From: a virus
Lineage: Duplodnaviria; Caudoviricetes
IMG/VR virus record: IMGVR_UViG_3300031867_000021
Span: 43,603 to 107,602 of that record
Strand: one strand, 5' to 3'
DNA: 64,000 bases
The position numbers and the translations under genes were made by a program. Positions within the stretch are counted from its first letter, which is position 1. Each line of letters starts with the position of its first letter. This document shows, piece by piece, positions 11,001-20,010 of this stretch. Below the pieces are notes generated by a model. The model saw only the letters and a list, made by a program, of their open reading frames with translations. It had not been told where the DNA came from and ran no database searches.

Positions 11001-11406
11001 CTTTGACTTCCTTCAGGGTTTTGCCCATGGCCTGCAGCGCGTTTTCGGAAGCCCGAACCGCCTCCGTGGTCTTTTTCTGCTGCTTTGCCATCTTCTGGAG
11101 ACTGAGCTCCGTATCGAAAATGCCCTTCGCGAACTTATAAATCGCGGTCGTCGCGGCGGCAAAAATACCCGCCAGAAGCATCGCGCGCTGTCTGGCGGCC
11201 TCGCTTGAATTCCCGAGCTTCTGCAGTTGGGATTCCGCGCCCTCAACGCTGTTCGCGAAACCCTCAACCGCAGCAGCGGATTCGGACACGGAAGAGGCCA
11301 TTTCCATGGCTTTCGACTTCATCGAATCCATGAGTCCGAGCATCGAATTGAAACTTTGATCAATCTGCGCGGACAGCTTTATGGTTTGTTCGTTCTCGTT
11401 CGCCAC
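8059..11406 (-). CDS. Tail tape measure protein
   Basis: 1115 aa, helical/Gly-Ala rich with hydrophobic segments, follows chaperones; C-terminal AFGG...AGEDGPEYLIP motif. Confidence 0.85.
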   Translation of the reverse strand: MANENEQTIKLSAQIDQSFNSMLGLMDSMKSKAMEMASSVSESAAAVEGFANSVEGAESQLQKLGNSSEAARQRAMLLAGIFAAATTAIYKFAKGIFDTELSLQKMAKQQKKTTEAVRASENALQAMGKTLKEVKADKELNKTYQELVKINEQMAMPNINNTIEGLKSLRGAFWELRATAKNVLDWIGARVLTQIEEPVKRITDKLRGVAKWLQNNLDSITMKISSYITGFIKGVEGIVEGFTGILETVNEIDPAIRKIGEAIIFVMGLIKSGPIGQILFLITAIGGVIDDMNNYQRNQRLGLTPDNPTTVVNGQTYQYTETAFTGMWDFLLGPQNEGRSVSERVSGVFEMVLEAVNNKLGEIRQTLSDFSIWDLFIGDAEGVGGIFGAVTSYIGSTDGQSKIIDLARNIIGTLTGALGAGGRLTAELGGLIATMFAGNNPALTQAIEEAAHGNSVSSGIGAGLILKLLGVSDVGSIIGGIVTMFTEAREDAMKQVIRDPNWTDDEYGQKVTEQMLTNMGVDFTSIATLIFEGLKAAFNALEAGSDLVGGLLQSIISKIFSEGSNEDQIARTVSEEITKTGFWKSFFTGMTVKTATGSDALGIFAGLAEAFKYYSSAEGMQTLQDDINTIRDAFETIWMGTWADEAHTMRSDNGLRKALEPLWQSLTQGLDEWWNGANGQDGFKNRLSNKLDEFLNGVDDGHGGKTGGLKNFLFEDLDIDSIFGDIFGKIAQLASEWSQTIMQNLFSAASPVFQDFLRLFGDDPSSSSAKKDAQGNVIVGTDDKGNQTVEIVSSSGETATVPKSVYDEFEPFFKYTTIRNGKFMSSGELTGNQKFDEFFIPYLNTGIEHNWDYSGDPWGWTPLGTENVQNNRLYNFKNDPLSPYSQYAQPSAPAGSGSSGSPGGAGANVGKLTMDTSEAEEKINELESRTPETRASLLVGNDEVTPALEEIPGEINILVNMRMGNIVGSLPNGDKGSGGSGYKKSGPRGAFGGRIGREINNLTAGEDGPEYLIPITKPSRAAELIKQMFGEMGTSAVSKIIGDLGIGAGGNTIGADYASIASAMGSSASVTNNNTVTAPININVQASGVGAEDVGERAYDAAQRHLLRTLRGVFA

Positions 11407-11417
11407 TTCAATTCACC

Positions 11418-11654
11418 TCAATTCTTTGCCGCGTCCATACTCCGCTTTTCGTTCTCATGCTGGACGTTTAATAGTTCAATCGCGTCCCACAGGTCATCCA
11501 GATTGTAGGTTCCGTCCCACAGCTCATGCTGCTTCCACATTCCGGCGGCTACGGGAGCGAAAAGTGTCTCATCTATGTTTTCGGCTCTTGCCGGGAGCCA
11601 ATTTTGCGGCCGAGGAGAGAAGTCAAGCCGCTTTCTTCGAAAAAATCGGAACAA
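11418..11654 (-). CDS. Tail assembly chaperone second ORF (probably reached by -1 frameshift)
   Basis: LWDGTYNLDDLWDAIELL motif; overlaps the upstream chaperone in the -1 frame across a T TTT TTC heptamer (11639-11645). Confidence 0.65.
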   Translation of the reverse strand: MFRFFRRKRLDFSPRPQNWLPARAENIDETLFAPVAAGMWKQHELWDGTYNLDDLWDAIELLNVQHENEKRSMDAAKN

Positions 11655-12064
11655 TTCAGCGCGACAACCTCATAAACCAGCCGCAGGCAGGCCATGACGT
11701 TATACTCCAGCTCCTCCACCCCGAAATTTCCCCTCTCGTCCACAACCTGCTGATACCCGGCCGGAAGAGACATCTGCACCGTCTTCAGGCACAGGATGGT
11801 CAGCTTTTTCAGCTCTTCCTGCGACAGAGAAGCGAACATTTCAGGCAGCTGATTCGCAATCATATTGATATTGACAGTGAAGTTGTCTTTTTCCTCGTCC
11901 TCATTCTCAACGTTGAACTTGACCGCCGCCTGCAGCAGCGGCATCACCTTTTCCGAAACGACCTTCAGCAGGTACATTCCGTCATAGGCATTCATTTTCT
12001 TGATGTAGAACTTCCTAAGTTCCCCATCCACTTCAAACTCCACGTTTTTGGTGATTTCACGCAT
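11573..12064 (-). CDS. Tail assembly chaperone
   Basis: Between tube and tape measure genes; GGAGG RBS. Confidence 0.75.
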   Translation of the reverse strand: MREITKNVEFEVDGELRKFYIKKMNAYDGMYLLKVVSEKVMPLLQAAVKFNVENEDEEKDNFTVNINMIANQLPEMFASLSQEELKKLTILCLKTVQMSLPAGYQQVVDERGNFGVEELEYNVMACLRLVYEVVALNCSDFFEESGLTSLLGRKIGSRQEPKT

Positions 12065-12096
12065 GGTTTTGCCTCCTGTTTGATGGATCTCGACAG

Positions 12097-12135
12097 AAAA
12101 GCATCCGGCCGGGAGTTTGATTCCCGGCCGGATAC
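12097..12135 (-). terminator. Intrinsic terminator after tail tube gene
   Basis: atccggccggga/tcccggccggat inverted repeat with T-tract on minus strand. Confidence 0.7.
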
Positions 12136-12153
12136 TGGTGTGGTGATAAAAAT

Positions 12154-12588
12154 TTAGGTCTCGCTGATTTCCGCTGCCAGGAACGTATAGTTCCGGGTGG
12201 AGGAAGTCTGGTCGTAGTTCTCATCGGGCCACTTCTGCGGGGTCAGACCAACCAGAGTTGTGACTTTGCCACCCGCCGGGTCATTCAGCGTCATCTTGGT
12301 CAGCGCGAAACGATCCGTCGCCGCCGTGGTCAGATACTTGATGAGCTTGCGCAGATACTTATCCGCGGGAGAATTCTGCGGCAGCTCCAGAGCCACAGAG
12401 CCGTTCACGCTCCGCAGCTTATTCACGACTACATAGCCCGTGGCCGTCACAGTGTGGGAAGACAGGTCGCCCTGACGGGTAATCACCACCCGGCCGCCGC
12501 CTTCCTCGGAAATGACACACTGACCCACGTTGGGGTTGTTGATGGTCACTACGACATCCGCAAGGGAATATACAGAGAATTTATCCAT
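12154..12588 (-). CDS. Tail tube protein (DUF3277-like)
   Basis: YSLADVVVTI...ATGYVVVNK...GSVALELPQNSP; follows sheath. Confidence 0.75.
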   Translation of the reverse strand: MDKFSVYSLADVVVTINNPNVGQCVISEEGGGRVVITRQGDLSSHTVTATGYVVVNKLRSVNGSVALELPQNSPADKYLRKLIKYLTTAATDRFALTKMTLNDPAGGKVTTLVGLTPQKWPDENYDQTSSTRNYTFLAAEISET

Positions 12589-12602
12589 CCTGTCTCACCT
12601 CC

Positions 12603-13697
12603 TTATTCCTGAACAGTCACATTGATCTCAATGGACTCGACAGAACCGCAGAAGCAGATCGCAACCTGAATCGGCATACCCTTCCGGGCGCGGCGGTTCG
12701 TTTCAGACTGATTGTCGAAGCTGTCCGCATACAGCGAATAACCCTTTTCCAGGGCATCCCCGGTCGCGATATTGCCGAAGGAGGCTCCACGCCAGATCCC
12801 GGGCTGAATATACCCGGCAGCCACGAAATTTTCCAGAACGCCGGTGATGACAGACATGAACCGGGTGGAGGTTGTGTCATTCTGCGGCAGTTTCCGCTCG
12901 CTGCTGCGCATAAGTGCCAGACAGGCTTCCTGAATTTCGGCGCTGAGCCGGTCCAGAGCGATGACTTCGTCCACGCGCAGAGAGCTTGCGGTCGCACCGA
13001 ACTCCAGCATCGTGTGAGAATACCCGCGCACGACATAGACGCTGCAGTTGGCCCCGTGAAGGGTATCCACTTCGGCCTGCGTCAGCGTCGCGGGAGTCAG
13101 TCCGTTGACTTCCTTATACGCGAGCTGCCATGTGGTATCCGCATACTGAGAAGCACAGCCCATGGCCTCGCCCATGACCGCAGCAGCCTCGTTCGCGGCC
13201 GCGCTGTAATGGACATGAGTCCGGCGGCTGAGCCTGGAATCCAGCGTAGACAGAAGCCCGGAGGAAACCACGGTCGCCACGGCTCCGGTCACAGTCGCGA
13301 ACTGCATACCGCGATTGATGGTATTCAGATACTCATCGATATCGCCCTGCTGCGCGGCGCTCGCGCCGTCCCAGTAAACGCCATACCACTCATTGCGAAC
13401 ATTCCGAATCGCATCCAGAGCGGCGGAAACGCTTTCGCCCTCGCCGGCAGCACCGATAACCAGCATCGCCGGAGTGGGAGTCACGCCGAAATACTTCTGA
13501 GCCGCCAGATAAACACTGCTCGTTGCCGCAAAGTCTTCAGCGACCTTGGCCAGACTTTCATAAGCTTTGGCCCGAATTGCCGTCGTAAACGTCTCCGTCG
13601 CGGCGGTCACAATCAGTCCCACATCATAGTTGGAAGAAGAAGCTGTGGCCGCGGTAACGGATACGTTTACCTTTACTACAGGATCAAGTGTAAGCAT
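12603..13697 (-). CDS. Tail sheath protein (DUF3383-like)
   Basis: VVKVNVSV start, YLAAQKYF, KLPQND, RRARKGMPIQVAI...GSVESIEINV end. Confidence 0.85.
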   Translation of the reverse strand: MLTLDPVVKVNVSVTAATASSSNYDVGLIVTAATETFTTAIRAKAYESLAKVAEDFAATSSVYLAAQKYFGVTPTPAMLVIGAAGEGESVSAALDAIRNVRNEWYGVYWDGASAAQQGDIDEYLNTINRGMQFATVTGAVATVVSSGLLSTLDSRLSRRTHVHYSAAANEAAAVMGEAMGCASQYADTTWQLAYKEVNGLTPATLTQAEVDTLHGANCSVYVVRGYSHTMLEFGATASSLRVDEVIALDRLSAEIQEACLALMRSSERKLPQNDTTSTRFMSVITGVLENFVAAGYIQPGIWRGASFGNIATGDALEKGYSLYADSFDNQSETNRRARKGMPIQVAICFCGSVESIEINVTVQE

Positions 13698-13720
13698 TGA
13701 TTCTTATCCTTTCCGGCGGT

Positions 13721-14281
13721 TTATTCCGCCACGTTAATTCCGACCTCCGGCACCTCTTCCACCGGGGTCATGCCCATCGTCTCGACAGACAGATAGGACA
13801 TTGAGAGCCTGAGATCACACCGCCTGCGCCACAAAGTTCCTTCCAGCTCCGGAACGGAAACTGGCCGGGGCGGCATCATACCGAGCCCATAATTGAGCAC
13901 GATCTTGTTTCTCCTGAGAATCTCTCTCGGGCATCCGTACCCGGTATCGATCATCAGGCGCGACCTGAAATCTTCCACCCGGTCCTCCGCGTTCGGCCCG
14001 TAAAAGGTGAACAGAACGGATACAGGAATCACCTTGGTCACCTCCAGCGCCTCTTCTGCCCCTTTTATAAAAACGCTGTTCAGATCCTCGCTGGTTTCTT
14101 CCTCGACCGCAAAAAAGATTACATCATCGTCGCTGTTGTACTGAGGCGTGGTTACGTCCGGCTCATAGGCAGGCACAATCCGATCCGCTGTGGACTGCGC
14201 ATCAGGATCCATGCCAAACGCCGCTGCAGTCGCTTCGTAAACCGCATCCTTAACAACCTTAATCCATCCCAAAGGTACCAC
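13721..14281 (-). CDS. Neck/tail terminator protein
   Basis: FTFYGPNA and VPELEGTLWRRRCDL motifs; synteny. Confidence 0.7.
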   Translation of the reverse strand: MVPLGWIKVVKDAVYEATAAAFGMDPDAQSTADRIVPAYEPDVTTPQYNSDDDVIFFAVEEETSEDLNSVFIKGAEEALEVTKVIPVSVLFTFYGPNAEDRVEDFRSRLMIDTGYGCPREILRRNKIVLNYGLGMMPPRPVSVPELEGTLWRRRCDLRLSMSYLSVETMGMTPVEEVPEVGINVAE

Positions 14282-14645
14282 TCCTCACTCTGGTCGCGTA
14301 GGCCACAACGAAGCCCCAGTCTTCCCAATTGTCAACCCGCGTCACACGCCACCAGGAATTCTTGTAGAACACTTCATCCGCTCCGGTCGCTCCGGTTTCG
14401 TCTCTTGTGCCGGCCTGAAGCGTCGTCGTGGTTCGAATCACGATCTGCTCCGAAAGCTTGTCCTCGCTGGAATCCTGACTGGCTGATTTATCCACCGGCT
14501 GAATGTTGCCTGTGGCCTCGATGGGCACGAAACTCTTCTCGACAGTGGCGCGGCTTCGCACCAGTCTGGGCCTGCGAATCGTGAAAGATACGCCTCCACC
14601 CAGCTCCGGGTCGTCCAGGATTTCGGTTACATCCGGGTTCAGCAT
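14259..14645 (-). CDS. Head-closure/head-tail adaptor
   Basis: DVTEILDDPELG...GNIQP...WRVTRVDNWEDWGF. Confidence 0.65.
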   Translation of the reverse strand: MLNPDVTEILDDPELGGGVSFTIRRPRLVRSRATVEKSFVPIEATGNIQPVDKSASQDSSEDKLSEQIVIRTTTTLQAGTRDETGATGADEVFYKNSWWRVTRVDNWEDWGFVVAYATRVRSGTFGMD

Positions 14646-14663
14646 GGGAACACCTCCCCTCCG

Positions 14664-15134
14664 TTATTTTCTCCGCACCTCATAGGAAATGGAGTTCATC
14701 AGGGATCCGGTTTCAATCAGCGGCGAATTGAAACCCTTCTTTCTGACCGTTGACGGCGCGTTGGGCGGCGGGATCTTCCCGAACTGCTCTTTGACGGCCG
14801 CCACGCCGATCATTCCAGCCTTTTCGTAATACGGCTGAGCCGCTTCCGGCCCGCTGAGCAGGGCTTTCATCATGCCCTTCCGAATCAGCTGGTTCATCTG
14901 CTTTTTTGTTTCCTTCTCTTCAAGCCCGGCTTTCAGCACATTCCGGGGAGGAATGTTCCGGGCCGGACAGCCATTGCAGTGAAGGTACAGCAGATTCGCA
15001 TTCTTGCCGCTGCCTCCGCCTCCGTCAAAAACGCCGATCGCAACTTCCGTGTTCGCGATGAAATCAACCTTTTTCGCGATGTTCAGGAACTCTTTCATCT
15101 TGTCAAAGGTCATTTTCAGGGTCAGCAGAGTCAT
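14664..15134 (-). CDS. Neck/tail completion protein
   Basis: IPPRN...PPNAPSTVRKKGFNSPLIETGSLMNSISYEV motif. Confidence 0.75.
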   Translation of the reverse strand: MTLLTLKMTFDKMKEFLNIAKKVDFIANTEVAIGVFDGGGGSGKNANLLYLHCNGCPARNIPPRNVLKAGLEEKETKKQMNQLIRKGMMKALLSGPEAAQPYYEKAGMIGVAAVKEQFGKIPPPNAPSTVRKKGFNSPLIETGSLMNSISYEVRRK

Positions 15135-15145
15135 CGGGCTTCACC

Positions 15146-15427
15146 TCATTTTTTACGAGTGGTTGTTTTCTTCACAACCGGCACTTCCTCGGCCTCTTCA
15201 GAGACTGTCGGAACAGGCCCTTCCCCGGCAGGTTTCAGATAGGGATCTTCCTCCGGCTGCACCTTAACCTCTACCAGCGCACCGGAACTGAGCGCCAGCC
15301 TGAAATACGGGTCTCTCTGGAACTCTTCCGGCACATCCTCCGTCTGCCAAGGATAGATATACATGAACTGACGGTCGTTCCGAAGCTTGATGGCATTCGG
15401 CGTTGTGTTCTTTACGAGCATGGTCAC
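15146..15427 (-). CDS. Hypothetical virion protein
   Basis: ORF with RBS inside the head-tail operon. Confidence 0.5.
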   Translation of the reverse strand: MTMLVKNTTPNAIKLRNDRQFMYIYPWQTEDVPEEFQRDPYFRLALSSGALVEVKVQPEEDPYLKPAGEGPVPTVSEEAEEVPVVKKTTTRKK

Positions 15428-15436
15428 ACCTCTTCC

Positions 15437-15841
15437 TTACGGTACATATCTGCCGCCGGCAGTCGCGATCTTCAGGAGCTGAATGAGCTGCAACCCGAAA
15501 GCGGTCTGTTTCAGATCCCCGTATCCGGTGATAGAACCGACCGCAGAACCTTCGGATTTGGAAACGCTGACCCCGCCGACAGACTTGCTGAGCGCCTGCG
15601 CCGCAACTCCAGCCCCGGAAAGCTTCTTCATCGCCACGCCATCGGCAAGCCCACTCGGCACTTCCACGAACGTCTGCGCCCACAGCGTGAGCTTATGAGC
15701 CGTGTACAGCCTCCGGGCCTCCTCGGCCGCATCCAGACAATCCATAAAGCGCAGATTAGACTGGTCAATGTACTCATTGATCACCACATCGCTCACGGTG
15801 CTGAACTGCGGATAGAAGGCGAGAAAGTTTTCAAGCGTCAT
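15437..15841 (-). CDS. Head-tail connector (DUF4054-like)
   Basis: FLAFYPQF...LYTAHKL...SKSVGGVSVS...QTAFGLQL. Confidence 0.8.
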   Translation of the reverse strand: MTLENFLAFYPQFSTVSDVVINEYIDQSNLRFMDCLDAAEEARRLYTAHKLTLWAQTFVEVPSGLADGVAMKKLSGAGVAAQALSKSVGGVSVSKSEGSAVGSITGYGDLKQTAFGLQLIQLLKIATAGGRYVP

Positions 15842-16203
15842 GCTTCATCTTTCCCCTCTGTTTTAGGCTCTGTGGCCTCTTCAGCGTTCTGGACGGGCTC
15901 CGCTTCATTCTTCTTCCGGGAAGCACGTTTGGGGGCATTCTGAGCCTTTTTCTCGGCAGTGTGGATTTCCTTGCCGTCCGCACCCAGCCCGAGCAGCGGC
16001 TCATTCTCCGCCTGGATCTTGTTATGCGGGGTCACAAACTTCAGCGAGCCATCAGCGGCCAGAAGATCGAACATTCTGGTTTTCTGGATCCACGCGGGCG
16101 CAGAGAGAACGCACCCGAGTTCTTTGGGCTTCACAGCATACACTTCCCCGCCATTTCCCTTGAACTCAGCGGCCACGGCGCAAATGATTGTGATAGTTTC
16201 CAT
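15838..16203 (-). CDS. Hypothetical protein downstream of capsid
   Basis: ORF with GGAGG RBS. Confidence 0.55.
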   Translation of the reverse strand: METITIICAVAAEFKGNGGEVYAVKPKELGCVLSAPAWIQKTRMFDLLAADGSLKFVTPHNKIQAENEPLLGLGADGKEIHTAEKKAQNAPKRASRKKNEAEPVQNAEEATEPKTEGKDEA

Positions 16204-16228
16204 TTTTTGCCTCCTGTTTTCTGATAAG

Positions 16229-16264
16229 CCACGGGGCGCAGAGGAAAGCCCCTGCGCCCCATGG
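16229..16264 (-). terminator. Hairpin/terminator after capsid gene
   Basis: ggggcgcag/ctgcgcccc inverted repeat. Confidence 0.6.
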
Positions 16265-16276
16265 AAAGTCCGGTGA

Positions 16277-17239
16277 TTAGATACCGTCGGCGTAACGGAC
16301 GGTCGTGGGATAAACGAACTGAACCTCGGAGAACTGAGACACGAAGGGCGTATGGAAGCCCATGTTGTGGATCTCAGTCTGCAGGCGCTGCAGCGGGACA
16401 GACTGGGTGAACCGCACCCGGTCTTCCTCGTTGATATAGCCGACCATGCGGTCGGTATTGCCGGCGCCGATACCCTTGCACCACTTGCTGGGCGAAATCA
16501 CCAGATTGCCGCCCTGCTGATTGGTCAGGTTGTTCTCAAGGATATAGGTCAGGATAGACCGCTCGGAGTCGCTGGAAACCTTCCGGGTCACCAGAGCGCC
16601 GAACTGCTCAACGGGAACCAGAATATGGTTCGGCAGAGCATCGGAAGCGCAGTCGTTGGCCGTCCAGATGGCCGCCAGCAGATCGTTGACATCCGCCAGG
16701 ATTTCATCAGCGGTCTTGGTCGCCCAGGTCGCGGTGCCGCCGGCGCCATTCGCCACGGTGCTGCGAACGATCGCGGCATTGTTCAGCAGACCGGTCGTGT
16801 TCGCCTTGCCGAAGCCGACATACACGTTGCGGTCGATGGTCTTATCCAGATGAAGCCGGATACCCTTGTTCATGGTGTCCTCAAGGTTCAGGGCCAGCTT
16901 GCGGAACTTCTGCTGCTCGACATAGCCGATCCGCATGTATTCCTGGAAGTTGAACACCTTGCTGACATCCTTATTGAAGTCAGCCTGCATGACCGGGATA
17001 TCATTGCCGTTCTCCACGAACAGGGCATCATCCTCGCCGCCAGTGGAGGCATAGCTGACATCGATCACAGATACATTCTCGACAAAGCCGCCGCCGGTGC
17101 GGACAGGCATGTCACGGGGCCAGTCTACGCCGGCCAGAGGCTCCATAATCTTGGGATCCAGAAGCTCAAGCTGTTTCTGGAGGAAGGCATAGGAGTCAGA
17201 AACAAAGCGCTTGGAGCGCAGGTTTGCAGTTTTCGTCAT
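16277..17239 (-). CDS. Major capsid protein (DUF2184 family)
   Basis: FLQKQLELLDPKI, GLLNN, WATKTADEILADVN, DRMVGY, YPTTVRYADGI motifs; strongly biased codon usage. Confidence 0.9.
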   Translation of the reverse strand: MTKTANLRSKRFVSDSYAFLQKQLELLDPKIMEPLAGVDWPRDMPVRTGGGFVENVSVIDVSYASTGGEDDALFVENGNDIPVMQADFNKDVSKVFNFQEYMRIGYVEQQKFRKLALNLEDTMNKGIRLHLDKTIDRNVYVGFGKANTTGLLNNAAIVRSTVANGAGGTATWATKTADEILADVNDLLAAIWTANDCASDALPNHILVPVEQFGALVTRKVSSDSERSILTYILENNLTNQQGGNLVISPSKWCKGIGAGNTDRMVGYINEEDRVRFTQSVPLQRLQTEIHNMGFHTPFVSQFSEVQFVYPTTVRYADGI

Positions 17240-17259
17240 TGCTCAATCACCCTCTCTTA

Positions 17260-17730
17260 TTACTGAATGTTCCGGTTAGTGATAACGATTTCAGCGACGC
17301 CATTCGCGCCAACAGCCGCGCGGAACTTGCAGTTGGTCAGCTCGGTGTTGTCCGTGGAAACCGCGGAGAACTTGCCGTTGGAATCCAGATACACCTTGCC
17401 GCCGACCACGGGAGTGCCGCTCTCGACCTTCACGCAGACAGACCCGCGAACGATGATGGACATGATTTCGCTGTTGCCGTACGCGGCTTCACTTGAGCCA
17501 TAGGTTTCGGGGGTCTTGACGCCGATCCGGGTCGCCACACCAAGGAAGGTCGCCATTCCGGCGCCAGAGGCGTATCCGACAGCGCCCTTGTTGGCCGCAT
17601 CCAGGAAAACAGGCGCGCCGAACGGGATGGCATTATTTCCGACATTGGTCATGGAGATGACAATGTCGTCAACGCTCCGGGAAATCGCACCGGGGAAGGT
17701 GTTGATGAAAGTAGACTGTACTTTACCCAT
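17260..17730 (-). CDS. Capsid cement/decoration protein
   Basis: FPGAISR, IPFGAPV, FLGVATR, RGSVCV; between protease and capsid. Confidence 0.75.
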   Translation of the reverse strand: MGKVQSTFINTFPGAISRSVDDIVISMTNVGNNAIPFGAPVFLDAANKGAVGYASGAGMATFLGVATRIGVKTPETYGSSEAAYGNSEIMSIIVRGSVCVKVESGTPVVGGKVYLDSNGKFSAVSTDNTELTNCKFRAAVGANGVAEIVITNRNIQ

Positions 17731-17763
17731 TTAGATCACTACTCCTTCTTAATCGTCGTCGAA

Positions 17764-19173
17764 TTACTTCTTGTAATTCGCATTGCGGGCAGCCATGATC
17801 CGCTTGCCCAGATCGGCTTCAGCCTTCCGCTGAGCAGCAGCCTTGTCAGAAGCCTTCTTGCGCTGCTTCAGGGCCAGATAATCATTCCGCTTGGCCTTAG
17901 CGGTCATGCCGCAGCTCTTCCGAATGGAAGCGGCAGCAGCATCGGCAGCAGCCTTGCGCTCGGAGGGAGGCAGCTTGGCAATCAGAGGTTTCACCGCCTT
18001 GACGGCAGCACGCATCGCATCACGGGCACGCTTGTCGGTCACGGGGGCGGTTTTGTTCTCGGCCGCCAGAGCCTCTTCCTCGTCCTCATCCTCTTCGTTG
18101 ATTTCTTCGGGATCAACGAAATGGGATTCGGGCTCTTCGGGATCCTCGTCGGGAGCAACCAGCTCTTCCTCGTCGGGATCGGCTTCCTCGTCGGCGTCGG
18201 TTTCGGCCTCTTCGGTCTTTTCCTCGCCCTCGGCCAGTTCGTCCTCCAGCTTCTGCAGAGGATCCTCTTCTGGAGCTTCGTCCAGCAGCTGCTTCGCCAC
18301 CAGCTTCTCCAGCAGACTGATCACCTTGTCCAGCTTGTCCTCATCCACAGCGGGCTTCGCGGCGGGATCCTGAGCTTCCTCTTCATCCTCATCCTCATCC
18401 TCTTCGGTAGCCGCCTTCTGGGTGGGCATCTTCTGCAGCAGATCGGTGATGGTGTCCAGCTTCTCGGTCACTTCCGCGTCCATCGCCTTCGGCTCTTCCT
18501 TCTCGGGCTCAGAAACGATCTCATCAATCGCCTCTACCGCCTCGGCAACTTCTTCGGGCTCAGCGTCCTTCGCAAAGGAAGCCAGCATCTTAGCCAGGAT
18601 TCCATGTTTGTTCTTGCGCATTCTGTGATTTCTCCTTTCGTTGTTTGGGGCAGAGTCTTTTATGCAAACGCGGTGACCGGCTCGCCCTTTGTCCACAATG
18701 GCGATATGGTTACCACGGATTTGCCGTTGAACCAGCTTTCCGTCTTCCTCGCAAAGCTCGTAGTTGTATCCGCAGGAAATCTCCCGCTTTCCGTCCAGAA
18801 CCTTCTGGATGGTGTCAGGGTCGGTGATGAACAGATCGGCAATCAGCATGTTCTTTTCATCCCCGGTTCCCCGGTGAACATTCTGCACATGCCCGCGAGA
18901 AAGCCATTTGGCATTCTCGGCGGTTACACCCTCATCACCGTCCGGGTGGTCATCCGTGACCGGCAGTCCCTCGAATGAGGCCATCGTCGTTTCAGAGAAA
19001 ACCTCTTCCTCCGGGCGATATACGGTGACCATCTCGTCCCCGTCCTGATCCACCTCTTCCGGCAGATACTTTTGCGTTCCTGACCGCGCAATCGGAACAT
19101 TCACGCAGATGAGATAGCCTTCCGGCTCTCGCTTGCGGATGTTGTCAGATATCCGAGTCGCGTAGTACAGCAT
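17764..19173 (-). CDS. DUF2213 prohead protease fused to acidic scaffold; internal scaffold start at 18621
   Basis: PEGYLICVNVPIARSG, PVTDDHP, EISCGY, NHIAIVDKGRAG; internal AAGGAG RBS plus in-frame ATG (MRKNKHG). Confidence 0.9.
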   Translation of the reverse strand: MLYYATRISDNIRKREPEGYLICVNVPIARSGTQKYLPEEVDQDGDEMVTVYRPEEEVFSETTMASFEGLPVTDDHPDGDEGVTAENAKWLSRGHVQNVHRGTGDEKNMLIADLFITDPDTIQKVLDGKREISCGYNYELCEEDGKLVQRQIRGNHIAIVDKGRAGHRVCIKDSAPNNERRNHRMRKNKHGILAKMLASFAKDAEPEEVAEAVEAIDEIVSEPEKEEPKAMDAEVTEKLDTITDLLQKMPTQKAATEEDEDEDEEEAQDPAAKPAVDEDKLDKVISLLEKLVAKQLLDEAPEEDPLQKLEDELAEGEEKTEEAETDADEEADPDEEELVAPDEDPEEPESHFVDPEEINEEDEDEEEALAAENKTAPVTDKRARDAMRAAVKAVKPLIAKLPPSERKAAADAAAASIRKSCGMTAKAKRNDYLALKQRKKASDKAAAQRKAEADLGKRIMAARNANYKK

Positions 19174-19198
19174 TTGCATCACCTTCCTTTCTGGCCAC

Positions 19199-19236
19199 AA
19201 TAAAAGCGCGCCGGTTAAATTCCGGTGCGCTTTATT
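19199..19236. terminator. Bidirectional terminator closing the effector array
   Basis: aataaaagcgcgccgg-ttaaatt-ccggtgcgctttatt. Confidence 0.7.
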
Positions 19237-19271
19237 CCTGTGTATAATCTTAATGGAGTCCTGTTTTTGCT

Positions 19272-19709
19272 TTATTCGCCATCTACATCCATCAGGAAGT
19301 ACAACGCCCTGTTGTACTTTGCCTGACGTCTCACGTCCCGCTCCGTGACTTCAGCAAAGCGGGCCAGATTGCTGTTATCAATCAGGTCGGATATCTTGAC
19401 CGCCCGAGCGATCGGATTCCTTTTGACCCGACACAGATAATCAGACCACATTTCACCCTTCCGATGCGTCAAAGCATCAACCGCATCTGCTATTTCGGCC
19501 CCGAATCCATCTCTGATTTCGTCAAGAGATACTTCCGTGTCCTCGACAACATCGTGCAGCCACCCGACAATCTTTTCCTCAGGATTTTTCAGCCTCTCCG
19601 CAACCCTTGCCGGATGGTTGATATACGGTTTCCCGGCCTTGTCGACCGCCCCGGCGTGAACCTTCCTTGCCAAAGCCTCGGCACCATCCAGAAGCTCAAC
19701 GCAGCCCAT
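19272..19709 (-). CDS. HD-domain small alarmone hydrolase (Aph1/Mesh1-like)
   Basis: HAGAVDKAGKPYINHP, LHDVVEDT, VKISDLIDN. Confidence 0.9.
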   Translation of the reverse strand: MGCVELLDGAEALARKVHAGAVDKAGKPYINHPARVAERLKNPEEKIVGWLHDVVEDTEVSLDEIRDGFGAEIADAVDALTHRKGEMWSDYLCRVKRNPIARAVKISDLIDNSNLARFAEVTERDVRRQAKYNRALYFLMDVDGE

Positions 19710-19715
19710 CCTGCA

Positions 19716-19967
19716 TCAACCTTTCTTTTCGGCCTTTTTGTAGACATCCCGGATCTTTTCCATCCAGTATTCCACATCTTCCTCTGGAACGTCGTCGTAC
19801 CACGTCCAGTCTCCGTTCCCTTCAGCAATACTGTCCTTTACCGGAGTGCGTTCCCATTCTCCCGGAACATCCGGCCGGAAAGTATAGCATTTTCCGCCGT
19901 CAAACCGGATCAACGTCATAAATCCATTGCTTTTGTTGATCATGTAGACATAATCAGTCTTTGCCAT
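19716..19967 (-). CDS. Candidate immunity protein for the alarmone synthetase (IapK position)
   Basis: Small acidic/aromatic ORF between synthetase and hydrolase; GGAGG RBS before MAKTDY. Confidence 0.65.
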   Translation of the reverse strand: MAKTDYVYMINKSNGFMTLIRFDGGKCYTFRPDVPGEWERTPVKDSIAEGNGDWTWYDDVPEEDVEYWMEKIRDVYKKAEKKG

Positions 19968-20010
19968 CGATTCCGCCCTCCTCTCCGGGCCCTCTTCCGG
20001 GCCCATATAC

